Shown here piece by piece: positions 34,990 to 46,100 of a stretch of 64,000 bases of DNA. The stretch is from positions 32,001 through 96,000 of the IMG/VR virus record IMGVR_UViG_3300020577_014401, one strand, 5' to 3'. Position 1 is the stretch's first letter; each line of letters starts with the position of its first letter. Position numbers and translations under genes: made by a program. The stretch comes from a virus. Its lineage: Duplodnaviria; Caudoviricetes. The notes below the pieces were generated by a model. The model did not search any database, was not told where the DNA came from, and saw only the letters and a list, made by a program, of their open reading frames with translations.

Positions 34990-36073
34990 TTCCATTGAAG
35001 GGGTCGTGATCGGCGATCTTCACTGGCAGGAGTCTGTCGACCGGGGGACTTGGTCGGACATGCCCGGTGTCCGCGGCGACCTCGAATACGCGCTTCGAAA
35101 GACTGTCGAACTCTGCGTCGCCGACAAAGCCGACCTCTATTTGGCCGGCGACAATTTCGACGGACCTGATCCGGAACCGGAATCGGTTTCCGCCTTGTAC
35201 GCCATCCTCAGACCCATCCTCGATTCCAAGTTTGACATCTACTACGTGATCGGCAACCACGAGCGCGGGCGCGACTGGTTGGCCCCGCTCGGTTACAAGG
35301 CGATCCGGATCGAGGACGGCAAGGCGATCCGGACGAGGTTCGGCAGGACCGTGTCGGGACTGAACTTCCAAGACCCCGATCGATTTGAAGACCTGGTTCG
35401 GATGGTGCCGAAGACGGACATCGGACTGTACCACCAGTCGTTTCGCGAGTGGACTGGCGGGCGTGGTTTTCCGTTGTCGTGTCTGCCGCCGCATCGTCTG
35501 GCCATCTGCGGGGACACGCACGTTCAGGCCGTGGTCCGGCCGCAGCCGGCGGTGGTGAGGTTGTCGCCCGGTTCTCTGGTTCCTCAGTCGACGACCGAGT
35601 TCGATTCGGCATCCAAGGTCTGGCGGATCACGTCGGAGTTGGATGTGATGGCAGTCAGCCTGCCCGGCAGGAAGCGAATCCGTAGAGTCATCGAGAACGC
35701 CGATCAGGCCGACGCAGTGCTCGCGGAAATCGCCAAGTTGAATTGCGCTGACGGCTCGTTGCCGCCGCGGATCAGGGAGCCGATCGTCGCTGTCCGGTTG
35801 ATGACGCCGATTCCCGGGTTCACGGATGTTCTTAGGAAGCTGGCGGGCGACCGCGGCTTCCACATCCGTGTGTCCGACGACTCGAAGTCCAGAAGTCCCA
35901 GACAACAACAAGCCAGGTCCGGCTCGGCGACTTTGGTCGAAGCCATTCTTTCGTGGGACGCCCCCCAGGACGCCAAGGACTTGGCGTTGGCGGCATTGTC
36001 GCCCGGTGCCGACCCGAAGTCGGTTTTTGCGAGGGATCTTCGTGCTCAAACTGAAATCGTTGGATCTGTGTGA
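34979..36073 (+). CDS. SbcD/Mre11-like metallophosphoesterase nuclease
   Basis: 'GDLH', 'AGDNFD', 'GNHE', 'GDTH', 'PGS'. Confidence 0.85.
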   Translation: MVNDSIEGVVIGDLHWQESVDRGTWSDMPGVRGDLEYALRKTVELCVADKADLYLAGDNFDGPDPEPESVSALYAILRPILDSKFDIYYVIGNHERGRDWLAPLGYKAIRIEDGKAIRTRFGRTVSGLNFQDPDRFEDLVRMVPKTDIGLYHQSFREWTGGRGFPLSCLPPHRLAICGDTHVQAVVRPQPAVVRLSPGSLVPQSTTEFDSASKVWRITSELDVMAVSLPGRKRIRRVIENADQADAVLAEIAKLNCADGSLPPRIREPIVAVRLMTPIPGFTDVLRKLAGDRGFHIRVSDDSKSRSPRQQQARSGSATLVEAILSWDAPQDAKDLALAALSPGADPKSVFARDLRAQTEIVGSV

Positions 36074-38093
36074 TGTCGGCGTTTTCTCGGGTGATAAGTC
36101 ATTTGATCTGTCTGGTCGTCTTGTCGGCATCGTCGGGTCCAACGGTCGCGGGAAAAGCACCATTCTCGAGATGATCCGGTTTCTGATCACCGGGGACACG
36201 TCTCGCTTCGGCAAATCCGATTCCGTTTCGACCGGAAGGTGCTCGCCTGAGCAGCCGTATGGCCGTCTGGTCGCCGACGTCGACGGTGACCCGCTCTCGG
36301 TCACCCGGTGGTTGCCGGACGGCTCGCGGGACGGCAAGCGTCGCATGGTGTTCGGCAACCAATCCTGGTCGACGCAAGACGACATCGCCTCTGAAATCTC
36401 CAAACTGTCGGACGTGCCGGTGAAGTTGCTGTCCGAATTCGTGTTCGTTCAGCAGGGTCGGCTTTCTTCGATCGCCGATGACCGACCGTCCGATCGGGCC
36501 AGAACTTTGCAGCGGCTGTTCGGTATCGAGGAGGCCGAGAAGGTTCGTGCAGCGGCTGCTGACCACTTGGTCTCCTTGCCGGGCCGGCAGGACAAGGAGG
36601 TGCTGGCCGCTCTTCGAGCCAGGTATGTGGAGGCTGAGACCGCCTGGCTCGACGCCAAATCCAAGCTCGACGCCGTGCCTCCTCCGATGAATGAAGTTTC
36701 CGAGGCGGTCGAGTTGCTCGCCAAGTTTTCCAACCAGCAGCAGTCCCGAGTCGAGATCGCGAAACTGGAGGCACAGCTGGAGCAGTACCAGTCGCGGCTG
36801 AATCGAGAACCGGAGATTGAGCCGGATCCCGTCACACTGCAACGGTTGGAGGCTTTGAGGTGCCAGTGGCTGTCTTATCTCCATGCCGCCCGTCAACTCG
36901 ACAGTCTGGAAGACGACGGGGAGGCTGCGAAAGCGGCTCTGGCGATGGAGGAGTCCACGAAACCTTCGGATTTGTTCGAAGGTCCCGGTCCTCTGCCGGA
37001 ATCGGCCAAGCGGTTCATCTCGGAGAAATACAGGTTCAAAGTCATCGCCGAGATGCCCGAGTCGGATGGCGTGTGCCCGGTCTGCGGGTCGGGTTTCGAT
37101 TGTTCGAAAGTTTCACGAGAGGATGCAGTCAGGGCTCTGCGAACGATCGAAGAGCTCGAGGAGCTGGATCGTGAGCACCACGCCGCCGTGGCCGATCACA
37201 ACTGGAAACTTCAAATCGCGGCTGAGCGGATCGTCGCCGCCCATCGCGAAGTCGAACGGATTACCAACAAGATCGAAGCTTTGACCGTGCCTGAGAAGCC
37301 GGACATCGATTACGCCCAAGTCGAATCGAAGCTGTCCAGCTATACAATCAAGGTCACGACGTTTCACAACGACCGCGTCGAGCGAGAGCGGGCCCGACAG
37401 GAATGTGATCGGATCCGGGCCAGGATCGACGACATCAACGCCACAGCCGGCGAACCGGTTTCTTCGTCTGAGGCGGCCGCGGCTCGACTCTACATCGAGA
37501 CGCACGATAAGCTGGAGGCGAATCGGAGAGTGCTGTCGGCGAGAGCGACGGCACTCAAGGAGTCGTTCGATTCCGCTCAGGCTCTTCTTCGCAAGGCCGA
37601 AGAGTCGGATTCCCGGTATGAGGCGATCGAGCCGCACCGGGCCAGGGTCTTGGCGATTCGAGACATGCTTCATCGAGACGCCGCTCCGGCTCAATCGGTG
37701 AAAGGTTGTCTCGACAGCCTGACCTCGGAATTGAACGATACGCTGGCCGAGTTGAAGGCCAGGTTTCGTGTCTCCGTCCGAGACGACGGGGAGCTGATGG
37801 CTGAGTTTCGCGACGGAACTTCGAAGTCTTCGATCCGCGTCAGCCGGATCAGCAAGGGGGAGCGGGCGGTTCTTGGTCTGGCCTGGGTGGTGTCCGTTTC
37901 GACCAGGTACGCCCCGCGTGTCGGTGTTCTGTGTCTGGACGAGCCGACCGACGGGCTCGACCGGGAGAGGGTTGGCGCGCTTCGATCGTCGCTGACCTCG
38001 TGGTCCGAGGCCAACCCGGATCGTCAGTGCATCGTCGTGACTCACGAGCGATCGCTGATGGGAGTGTTCGATCGAGTCATCGATCTGGGGTGA
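36042..38093 (+). CDS. SbcC/Rad50-like SMC ATPase
   Basis: Walker A GSNGRGKST, 'QQG', Zn hook CPVCG, signature 'SKGE', 'LDEPTDGLD', 'VTHE'. Confidence 0.92.
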   Translation: MLKLKSLDLCDVGVFSGDKSFDLSGRLVGIVGSNGRGKSTILEMIRFLITGDTSRFGKSDSVSTGRCSPEQPYGRLVADVDGDPLSVTRWLPDGSRDGKRRMVFGNQSWSTQDDIASEISKLSDVPVKLLSEFVFVQQGRLSSIADDRPSDRARTLQRLFGIEEAEKVRAAAADHLVSLPGRQDKEVLAALRARYVEAETAWLDAKSKLDAVPPPMNEVSEAVELLAKFSNQQQSRVEIAKLEAQLEQYQSRLNREPEIEPDPVTLQRLEALRCQWLSYLHAARQLDSLEDDGEAAKAALAMEESTKPSDLFEGPGPLPESAKRFISEKYRFKVIAEMPESDGVCPVCGSGFDCSKVSREDAVRALRTIEELEELDREHHAAVADHNWKLQIAAERIVAAHREVERITNKIEALTVPEKPDIDYAQVESKLSSYTIKVTTFHNDRVERERARQECDRIRARIDDINATAGEPVSSSEAAAARLYIETHDKLEANRRVLSARATALKESFDSAQALLRKAEESDSRYEAIEPHRARVLAIRDMLHRDAAPAQSVKGCLDSLTSELNDTLAELKARFRVSVRDDGELMAEFRDGTSKSSIRVSRISKGERAVLGLAWVVSVSTRYAPRVGVLCLDEPTDGLDRERVGALRSSLTSWSEANPDRQCIVVTHERSLMGVFDRVIDLG

Positions 38094-38096
38094 ATA

Positions 38097-39596
38097 ATGA
38101 AGTCCGAACAGATCCATCTGCAACGAAAGGGGCGACTGGTTCTGGCATCGGGTCCCGGTCGGACACCTCTCTCCGCCGGGACGTACAACTGGATGGCCGA
38201 CGCCCTGACCTACTACGAGAAGAAGTTCGACCCGACCGCGGCCCCGGGGGAGAACTTCGATTTCATCGACAGGAGGATCTACAACCCGGGGCCGTTTCCC
38301 CGGACTCTCGTGTTCCCGCTCGGCATGCGGTCGAGGATCGCCAAGGAGCTCGCCGGGCACGGTGCTTCCGTGACGCTGACTGGTCGGAGCATGGTCGACG
38401 AAATCCAAGGAACCCCGGCCGGTGAAGTTGATTGGGATGCCTTGCTTGACAGTTTCACGGTCCATCCCGACCAGCAGCAGTTGCTGTTCAAGGTCACGGC
38501 CGCGGACGGCGGTATCGTGTCGGCTCCGACTGGGTTGGGTAAAAGCGTTCTTGTGAAGATGATCTGCAAGCTCTACCCGAAAGCCCGGATTCATGTGGCG
38601 ACCAAGTCCGTCCAGCTCGCTGACGAGATCTACGGAGATCTGCTCACGGTGGTCCCGACTGTCGGGATGGTTGGCGGGGGCAAGCGTAAGCCGGCGAGAG
38701 TGACCGTTTACGTCGCTGACAGTCTTCATCATGGCATGGGTCAGGCCGATCTGCTGCTGCTCGACGAGCTCCACCAGCTTTTGGCGCCGAGGTACGTCGA
38801 GATGATCGGCCGGTACCAGACGGCCCGAATCTTCGCGTTCTCGGCCACTCCGACCGGCCGTTCCGACGGTCGCGACATTCTCGGTGAGGCGATTTGCGGT
38901 CCGGTTTTGCAAACCATGCACTACCAGGACGGGGTCGCGATGGGGCGCATCGTGCCGATCACGGTCGAGTGGATCCCGATGCGGGTGGGCCCGGACACGT
39001 CCGGGATCCGGAACATCGCCATCAAGGATCGGTTCGCGATCTCCAGGAACATCGACAGGAACAAGGCGATCGCCGAGCGTGTTTCAAAGTTCTCGGATGA
39101 CGAACAGGTGATGATCATCGTGAAGACGATCGACCACGCCGTTCAGCTGAAGTCGTTGCTTCCGGATTTCACCATGGCGTACGCGGCCAATGGCATGGAC
39201 GAGGACCGGCTCGAGAAGTACATCGAAGCCGGAGAGCTCCCCCCGAATGAACCGTTGATGACTCGGGAGCGTCTCTCATCTTTGCGGAAAGCGTTCGCAG
39301 ACGGTACTTTGAAGAAGGTCATTTCAAACTACGTCTGGAGCACGGGGGTCAATTTCCGCAATCTTTCGGTTTTGGTCAGGGCCGACGCCGCCGCCAGCGA
39401 AATCCTGGACGGGCAGATTCCGGGTCGGATTTCCAGACGTGTGCCGGGTCAGAAGGAATCGGCTTTGCTGATCGACTGTTGGGACGAATGGGATTCGCGT
39501 CTCATGAAGAAGGCCCAATCTCGATCCCGCAACTACAGGAAGAGGGCATGGAACCAAGTGTGGCCGCAATCCTCCCCGGTGGGGGTCGGGTTATGA
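38097..39596 (+). CDS. SF2 DExH helicase (UvsW-like)
   Basis: APTGLGKS, LLDELH, SAT, 'STGVN', 'QIPGRISR'. Confidence 0.88.
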   Translation: MKSEQIHLQRKGRLVLASGPGRTPLSAGTYNWMADALTYYEKKFDPTAAPGENFDFIDRRIYNPGPFPRTLVFPLGMRSRIAKELAGHGASVTLTGRSMVDEIQGTPAGEVDWDALLDSFTVHPDQQQLLFKVTAADGGIVSAPTGLGKSVLVKMICKLYPKARIHVATKSVQLADEIYGDLLTVVPTVGMVGGGKRKPARVTVYVADSLHHGMGQADLLLLDELHQLLAPRYVEMIGRYQTARIFAFSATPTGRSDGRDILGEAICGPVLQTMHYQDGVAMGRIVPITVEWIPMRVGPDTSGIRNIAIKDRFAISRNIDRNKAIAERVSKFSDDEQVMIIVKTIDHAVQLKSLLPDFTMAYAANGMDEDRLEKYIEAGELPPNEPLMTRERLSSLRKAFADGTLKKVISNYVWSTGVNFRNLSVLVRADAAASEILDGQIPGRISRRVPGQKESALLIDCWDEWDSRLMKKAQSRSRNYRKRAWNQVWPQSSPVGVGL

Positions 39597-40306
39597 GCAA
39601 CAACGACGGGCCGCCGGACTGCTGGGACGAACAGATCGAAGTCCCGCCGAAGGCGTCCAAGAAAAAGTACGATGATCGTCGGCCGATTCTTTCGGCCGAC
39701 GAAGAGGAAGCTCGCCGCCTGTGGGTGATGGCCATGCGGGCGCATCATCAGAAGCGGACAGGGGAACCGTCGAATTACGATTCCAACCCGGCTTGGGACG
39801 GTGGTCGGTGCAACAACACCGGCCGGGTCTACCACTCGTCGATTTGGCCGGCCTTTGTTGCCAAAGCTCGCTCGGCAGGCTATTCTCCCGGTGAGCTGAT
39901 CGGCGTCCTTTTCCGCTCGTGGGCCAGCGAGACCTCGCCGACCCCCCACGCGGCTACGACCCATGAAAACATCCAGAGGGCGGCTCGAGACCGGATGCTT
40001 CGGAAGCGGCGTATTGCCGAGTCCTTGAGGACCGAAGAGTCGATCTACAAGGCTGATGTGTGGGGCGTGACGCAGGTCATCCCGGACAAGCGGGAAGCGA
40101 TTCGATTCGTGTTGAATGACACGAGTCGTATCCTGTCGCCGTTGTTCCGTTACTCGGTGGCGAAGATCGCCAATCTCGACGACGTCGCCTCGCGATGGGA
40201 GGCGGCCGCCGTGTCGCAGTTTCAGTCCGATCGGGATGCTTATCTCGAGCACTGGTCGGCGCTGGTTCCCGAATCCATGAAGCAACCCGCCTCACAGGCG
40301 GTCTGA
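39593..40306 (+). CDS. Hypothetical protein in replication cluster
   Basis: ATGA-coupled to the helicase; protein-like. Confidence 0.65.
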   Translation: MSNNDGPPDCWDEQIEVPPKASKKKYDDRRPILSADEEEARRLWVMAMRAHHQKRTGEPSNYDSNPAWDGGRCNNTGRVYHSSIWPAFVAKARSAGYSPGELIGVLFRSWASETSPTPHAATTHENIQRAARDRMLRKRRIAESLRTEESIYKADVWGVTQVIPDKREAIRFVLNDTSRILSPLFRYSVAKIANLDDVASRWEAAAVSQFQSDRDAYLEHWSALVPESMKQPASQAV

Positions 40307-40325
40307 TAACAAGGACGTCCGCCCC

Positions 40326-42038
40326 ATGTCGAGCCAAAAGCGACCGACCGACCCGGATCCGATCGGGTCGGCCGTGAGGACCAATGTCCGCCCGCGGATG
40401 ACACCGCACGAAATCGAGTTCATGCTCGCGTCGGTGATCCGCTCGCAGGCCGTTTATCTCGCCGCCAAGGACCCGCTTTCCGATCTGACTTTGTTCAACA
40501 GCGATGAGGGTCGTTACATTCTGCTTTGGAGGGCGGCGCATACCGCTCTCCAGAACAGCCGGTGCAGTCTTCCTCCCGACCCGGCCACCGCCAAGGAAAT
40601 CGTCGCCAGCCATGTGGCCGCCGAAGTGGCCACCGACATCACCAAGCGCGTTTACACTCCATCCGTCGAAGCGGCCGTTCTTGAGGAAGGCGGCTTGCTC
40701 GACGCCGTGTTTTCTCTTCCCATGGACGATGCCGTGGTCGAACGCGGCATCGATCTGCTTTCTCAGTTCGTCGTGGAACGGAAAGTCGGCGACCCGATTC
40801 GGCGGGCGTTGGCCGGATTGTCGAGCCAAGAGACGATCAGCGACCCGGCTGCGATCATCGCCGTGCTCGAGCGCCATTCGTGCGACATCAGCGGCATCAA
40901 GGCCGACCCGGGCGCCGACGCGTTCTTGCCGACATTCGAGTCCCTGCCGCCCGGTCCGAAAGTGTCGACCACCGGCATCCGCGGCATGGATGAACTGCTC
41001 AACGGCGGCCACGCTGCTCAGGAGACCTACGTCCTTCTCGGCCCCACTTCGGGCGGCAAGTCGGCTCTGGCCACCCAAATCGCCATTGAAGGGGCCAAGA
41101 TCCAGTCGGCTCTCGCTTCCGAGATCGGGCCCGACCGAGCCGGGTACTGGTACTACTTCACTTGGGAGTTGAGCCGCGATCAGCTTCGCGCCCGCATGTA
41201 CGGCTATGAGGCTCGGATTCATGCTGACACGTTCAAGGAGGACATGGTCACCCGGGCCATGAACCCTCTGTCGACCAGCGAAGATCTCACAACCCTCAAG
41301 CCGTACGAGTCCGAGCCGTTTGTCAACTCGCCGGGCAACCCGGTGATGGGCGAGCGTGAAAGGTTGCGGTTGGTGAACGCCAGGATGTCCGGTCCGAACA
41401 GCCGACTCGTCATCGTCGACTACTCCGCCCACGCCGGCGGGTCGGCCGGGTTCGGCGGCACTGACGAGATCGCCCGGTATCTGCACAGGCAGCGGAGCCG
41501 TGGCCGCAAGATTTCCGGAATCGTGATCGATTATGCCGGCCTGGTGGTGGAGCGGTACTGCCAGCACCAGCGGCTTCGTCCGAGCGACCAGTACATCTTG
41601 CTCGCCGGGTTCGTCAACGAAGTCCGGTCCAAGATTTCCATCCCGTATGATTGCGCCTCGTGGGTTCTGCATCAGTTGCACGGTTCCACCAGCAAGTTGG
41701 CGCCCGGTCGCGTGGCCCACCATTCCGACGCCCGCGGCTGTCAGAACTTCGCCGACAACGCCGACTTTGGCATCCAAATCGGAAATCGCCAGATGTCGAC
41801 GGGGATGGTTCAGGTGAAGGCGACCAAGACTCGTCGAGCGCCTGGTCGGGAGGACGGAGTTCTGCTTCACTTCGATGGTCGGTTCGGTCGGTTCTCGGAC
41901 CCCAATCAGCATTACGTCATCGACCCGATGACCCACCAGATCGTGCCTCAGGATTTCATCAGTTCGCAGACCGCCAAGACGCCGTACAACCCGAGTTCCG
42001 GTCGTCCCAATGTCGATCCCACGATTGGCATCGGATAG
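40326..42038 (+). CDS. DnaB-like replicative helicase
   Basis: 'TTGIRGMDELLNGG', GPTSGGKS, 'FTWELS', 'IVIDYA', 'HQL', 'ADNAD', 'KTRR'. Confidence 0.85.
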   Translation: MSSQKRPTDPDPIGSAVRTNVRPRMTPHEIEFMLASVIRSQAVYLAAKDPLSDLTLFNSDEGRYILLWRAAHTALQNSRCSLPPDPATAKEIVASHVAAEVATDITKRVYTPSVEAAVLEEGGLLDAVFSLPMDDAVVERGIDLLSQFVVERKVGDPIRRALAGLSSQETISDPAAIIAVLERHSCDISGIKADPGADAFLPTFESLPPGPKVSTTGIRGMDELLNGGHAAQETYVLLGPTSGGKSALATQIAIEGAKIQSALASEIGPDRAGYWYYFTWELSRDQLRARMYGYEARIHADTFKEDMVTRAMNPLSTSEDLTTLKPYESEPFVNSPGNPVMGERERLRLVNARMSGPNSRLVIVDYSAHAGGSAGFGGTDEIARYLHRQRSRGRKISGIVIDYAGLVVERYCQHQRLRPSDQYILLAGFVNEVRSKISIPYDCASWVLHQLHGSTSKLAPGRVAHHSDARGCQNFADNADFGIQIGNRQMSTGMVQVKATKTRRAPGREDGVLLHFDGRFGRFSDPNQHYVIDPMTHQIVPQDFISSQTAKTPYNPSSGRPNVDPTIGIG

Positions 42039-42047
42039 CCGGATATC
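42035..42047. promoter_or_regulatory. Recurrent palindromic motif copy (ATAGCCGGATATC)
   Basis: Overlaps the helicase stop, just before the primase start. Confidence 0.6.
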
Positions 42048-42063
42048 GGCGAACGACAGGAGT

Positions 42064-43140
42064 ATGCATGTGACGTTGAACCCAGCCCTGTTCGCAGCCG
42101 TGCAGAGAAAAATCGGCCCGGCCAAGATCATTTCGGAGAACGTCGAGCTCGAGGGGTTCTATTACAACGACGTTCGTCACGGAAACAGAAGGTGCCTGAA
42201 GATCAATCGACGGGGAGAAACGATCCTCGTCGATTGTCCGTTTTGCAACGATCGCCGCGCCCGCATGTCGATCAATCATCGGTACGGTGTGATCGACGAG
42301 GAAACCGGGAGCCGAGGGACGAATCTCTGGAAGTGTTACAACGAAGAGTGTCAGAACAAATCGGACAATCGCGATGCTCTCAGGGACAAGCTCCTCCCGG
42401 AAATCGATCTGCCGATGGGCGGCCCGGTTTTCAGGACGCCCGGTATCAGGCGGGTCGCCCCGACCGGGTTGGAGCCGGTGGAATTCCCGGGCCTGATCAT
42501 TCCTCTCAAGGATCTCACGCCCGGCCACCACGCCGCCGCCTACCTGGAGCGGCGGAACTTCGATCTCACTGAGCTCACCGATGTCTGGGGGGTCGGGTAC
42601 GCCGAGTCGATGCCGATGCGCCGCGAAGGGGCGATGTCGAGTGACCGGATCATCATCCCCGTCCGGTTTCGGGGTGTGATGATCGGGTGGCAGTCCAGGT
42701 TCATTGGTGACATCGATTGGAAGACCACGGGCATCCCCAAGTACCTGACGTACTTCCCGAAGTCGCAAGCGATCTACGGGTTCGACGAGGCCAAGTCTTC
42801 GGACGTGATCGTCATCGTCGAAGGGGCCAGCGATGTTTGGAGGTACGGCCCGGGTGCTGTCTGCGGATTCGGCAAGAAATTGTCCAACGACCAAGTCCGG
42901 TTGATTGTCGAGTTGACCGAGAATTCTCGAAAACCGATCGTCATGATCCCCGACGCCAACGACAAGGAAGCGTTCGACAACTTCTGCGCCGGCATGAGCC
43001 AGATCCTCGATGCCGGGTTCTCCGGGCACTACGGATTGGTCCCCTTGCCGCGCGGAAAAGACCCGGGTAGCATGACCCGACCTGTGCTCCGTGCCATGGT
43101 CGCCCATGCCGCGAAGTCGGTCCCAAATAAAACTACGTGA
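42064..43140 (+). CDS. DNA primase (Zn finger + TOPRIM)
   Basis: CPFC...CYNEEC; 'YLERR', 'RIIIP', 'GWQSR', 'IVEGASDV', 'PDAND', 'KDPG'. Confidence 0.9.
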   Translation: MHVTLNPALFAAVQRKIGPAKIISENVELEGFYYNDVRHGNRRCLKINRRGETILVDCPFCNDRRARMSINHRYGVIDEETGSRGTNLWKCYNEECQNKSDNRDALRDKLLPEIDLPMGGPVFRTPGIRRVAPTGLEPVEFPGLIIPLKDLTPGHHAAAYLERRNFDLTELTDVWGVGYAESMPMRREGAMSSDRIIIPVRFRGVMIGWQSRFIGDIDWKTTGIPKYLTYFPKSQAIYGFDEAKSSDVIVIVEGASDVWRYGPGAVCGFGKKLSNDQVRLIVELTENSRKPIVMIPDANDKEAFDNFCAGMSQILDAGFSGHYGLVPLPRGKDPGSMTRPVLRAMVAHAAKSVPNKTT

Positions 43141-43194
43141 TTCTTTTCGGGCCCACGGACGCCCGACCCAAGTCCGGACAAGGAAGACAACCAG

Positions 43195-46100
43195 ATGCTC
43201 AACAGGTCCACGGTGGATCTGGAATCCGCTACTGTGCGGACCAGATACTTCGGAGGGCGGTCGTTGGCGGCCATCGCCGACGAAATGCCCATTCTGCCGG
43301 TCGACAGCCCCGGACTCCCGATCCCCGGTCCGTCGTTTGTGGCGTTCGCCGAGGTGCTCGGCGACACGGCCAACGCCTCGCCGACCGGGCCCAAGAAACC
43401 GCGTTCGAAGAAGACTGCGTTCGTGCGTCCCAACGGGCCGTATTTGCACGCACTGACGAGGTCGGTCCTTTACCAGTCCGGGCTTTCGCTGCCCGTCTAC
43501 AACAGTCCGATTCCTTACGTCTTTCAGCCCGGCATCTTCGCCACCAACGACCCGATGGGGGACTCTTACGGCCCGCAGCCGTGCCGTCTCATGGTGGTGG
43601 GAAAGTGCCTCGGTCCCGCGGAAGCCTCGGCCGGCAGACCGTTTGTCGGCCCCCGCAGCCAGCCGCTCTGGGACACATGGGATGAGGCCGGGATTCCTCA
43701 CCCTTCGAAGGAACATCCGGTTTATCTCACCAATCTGATCCGGTTCGTTCCTCCGTTCGATCTGGCTCGACTCCCCAAGCAGTGGGTTGAAGACGGCGTT
43801 CACCTTCTCATGCAGGAAATCGCCATCTGCCGCCCCCAGGTCATGTTGCTGCTCGGTGCTGACGCGTTGAAAGCCGTGTTCGGCCCCAAGGCCAGGGTCG
43901 CCGATTTCCGCGGCCGTGTCGCGGACTTCGAGATCGACTGCCGCCCGGTGGCCGATTCGCCGCCGGACATTCATCGTTGCAAGGTGATCGCCGCGGAGCA
44001 TCCGGCCGCCGTTGCCATGGAGCCGGACATCTACCCCAATCTCCTCGCCGCCGTCAAACTCGTCGCCAAGGAGTTGGGGTTCGCCGCTCCCGATCAGTCC
44101 ATACCGCTCGACCATCAAGCGGTGTACACGATTCAGGAGTTGGAAGCGGCGGTCAAGCAGTCGATCGAGGCCAGCCAGGCCGGCGGGTATGTTTCGTTCG
44201 ACTGCGAATGGGAAGGCCGCCATCCGACCGACCCCGGTTCTTACGTCTACACGGTGCAGTGGTCGCACCAACCGGGTCATGCTCGGACTGTGTTCATCCA
44301 CCGGTGCGGCGGGCTCCCGAACCAGGCTTTGCCGCTCGACAAGGCGGTTCCTCTGCTGAAGAAGCTTTTCGAAGGGGCCCCCGCTCGAGGCGCTCGTCTG
44401 GTCGCCCACTTCGGCAAGGCCGACTTGCCGTGGCTTCTTTCGATCGGTGTCGATCTCTACCCACACTTCGTCGGGCCGGACGACGACCCCCCTGGAACTC
44501 CGGACTGGCTGTCTGGTCCTGAGAAGTCTTATTTCCAGGGCGGGTTCGACACATATGTGGCGGCGCACTCGATCGAGGAGTCGCAAGAGTTGAAGCTCGA
44601 GGTGCTCACGGCGACGTACGCCGGCATTCCCAGGTACGACACCAAGATTCTCGAATGGAGGGACAACTACTGCAAAGAACACAAACTGCGCAAGTCGCAG
44701 CTCAAGGGCTACGGGAACATTCCCGAAGAACTGCTCATCTCGACCCGCTACACGTCGTACGACGCCGATGGCGCCGGCCGGCTCTACCTGAAGTTCAATG
44801 GAGACCCACGCATCGACTCGAGGGGGATGCTGGACTCCGACCGGTTCGCCAGGTCCTGCCGGAAGATCTTCGGCATCCGCATGCGGGCATGGGGTGCCTG
44901 GTGCGAGATGGAGCGGTACGGGATGATGGTGGATCGCGATGCGCAGAGGGACCTGCGGACCCACCTCGATCGCAAGCGTCACGAACTGATGGATGAGTTG
45001 AGGAAGGCCACCAACTGGCCGGATCTCGATCTCAACAAGAACCGCCACAAGGTGGAACTGCTGTTCGGAGATGACTGGATCGATTGGCCTCGGCAACGGC
45101 CGCAATCGGCTCTCACGCTCGGTCTGACCCCTTACAAGACCACGGATTCCAGTTACGGCGGGGTGCTGTGGGCGGAGGCCATGTCGGCGTACGAGTCCGA
45201 AGACAACTCCTTGGCGATCAAGCCGAAGCCGGCCGCCGATCGGGAGACGATCACTCACAAGGCTCGTGAGCACGATCTCGTCAAGTTGATGCGGGACGTT
45301 CTCTTCATCAACACGGCCATGAAGATCACGTTTCGTCTTCCCGACCAGGTCGATACCGAGAACGATCACCCCGATGTCGACGGTGAAGGCGGGGAAATCG
45401 CTATTCCTGACGGTAGCGAATCGTTCGAAGCCGGTTTGCTTTCGTTCGTTTGCGGCGACGAGCGGATCCGTTCGGTGTTCGGTTTGGTCGAGACCGGTCG
45501 TGCGTCCAGCAGCCGGCCGAACATGCAGAACTTCAGCAGCCGCCGGGACGAGCAGTTCAACCGAATCCTCGGGTGGGGCGACTACGCCAAGGAAGGCGAT
45601 TCGGTCGCCAAATCGAGGAAGTTCGTGACTCGGTCGGTGCTGACCGCGCAGCCCGGTTGGTTCCTCGTGTTCGCCGACTTGAAGGGTGCGGAGATTGTCG
45701 CCGCGGCCATCTTCAGCGGCGACGCCAATCTGCTGGAGCACGCTCGCCGCAACAATCTGCCCGAGAATCACCCGGACTACCTCGACCTCCACAGCGATCT
45801 GGCGAACAAGGCGTTCAATCTCAACCTTCCGTTCTCCGAGATCAAGAAGAAGCACAAGCCTCTTCGTGTGGCGGCCAAGGCGACCCGGTTCGGGAAGTAT
45901 TACGGGGCCTCGTCGGACACGATTCTGCGGCAGGCTTTGGAAGAGACCCCGGATGTGACGCTGTTGCAGATCGAGAACTTGATGGCCGGGCACGACGCGC
46001 AGTACCCCGACCTGATCAAGTTTTTTGACACGGCCGAGCAGCGGCCGGCGACTCACGGCTGGGCGTCCAACGGGTTCGGCGGGACGAGACGGTTTCGTCG

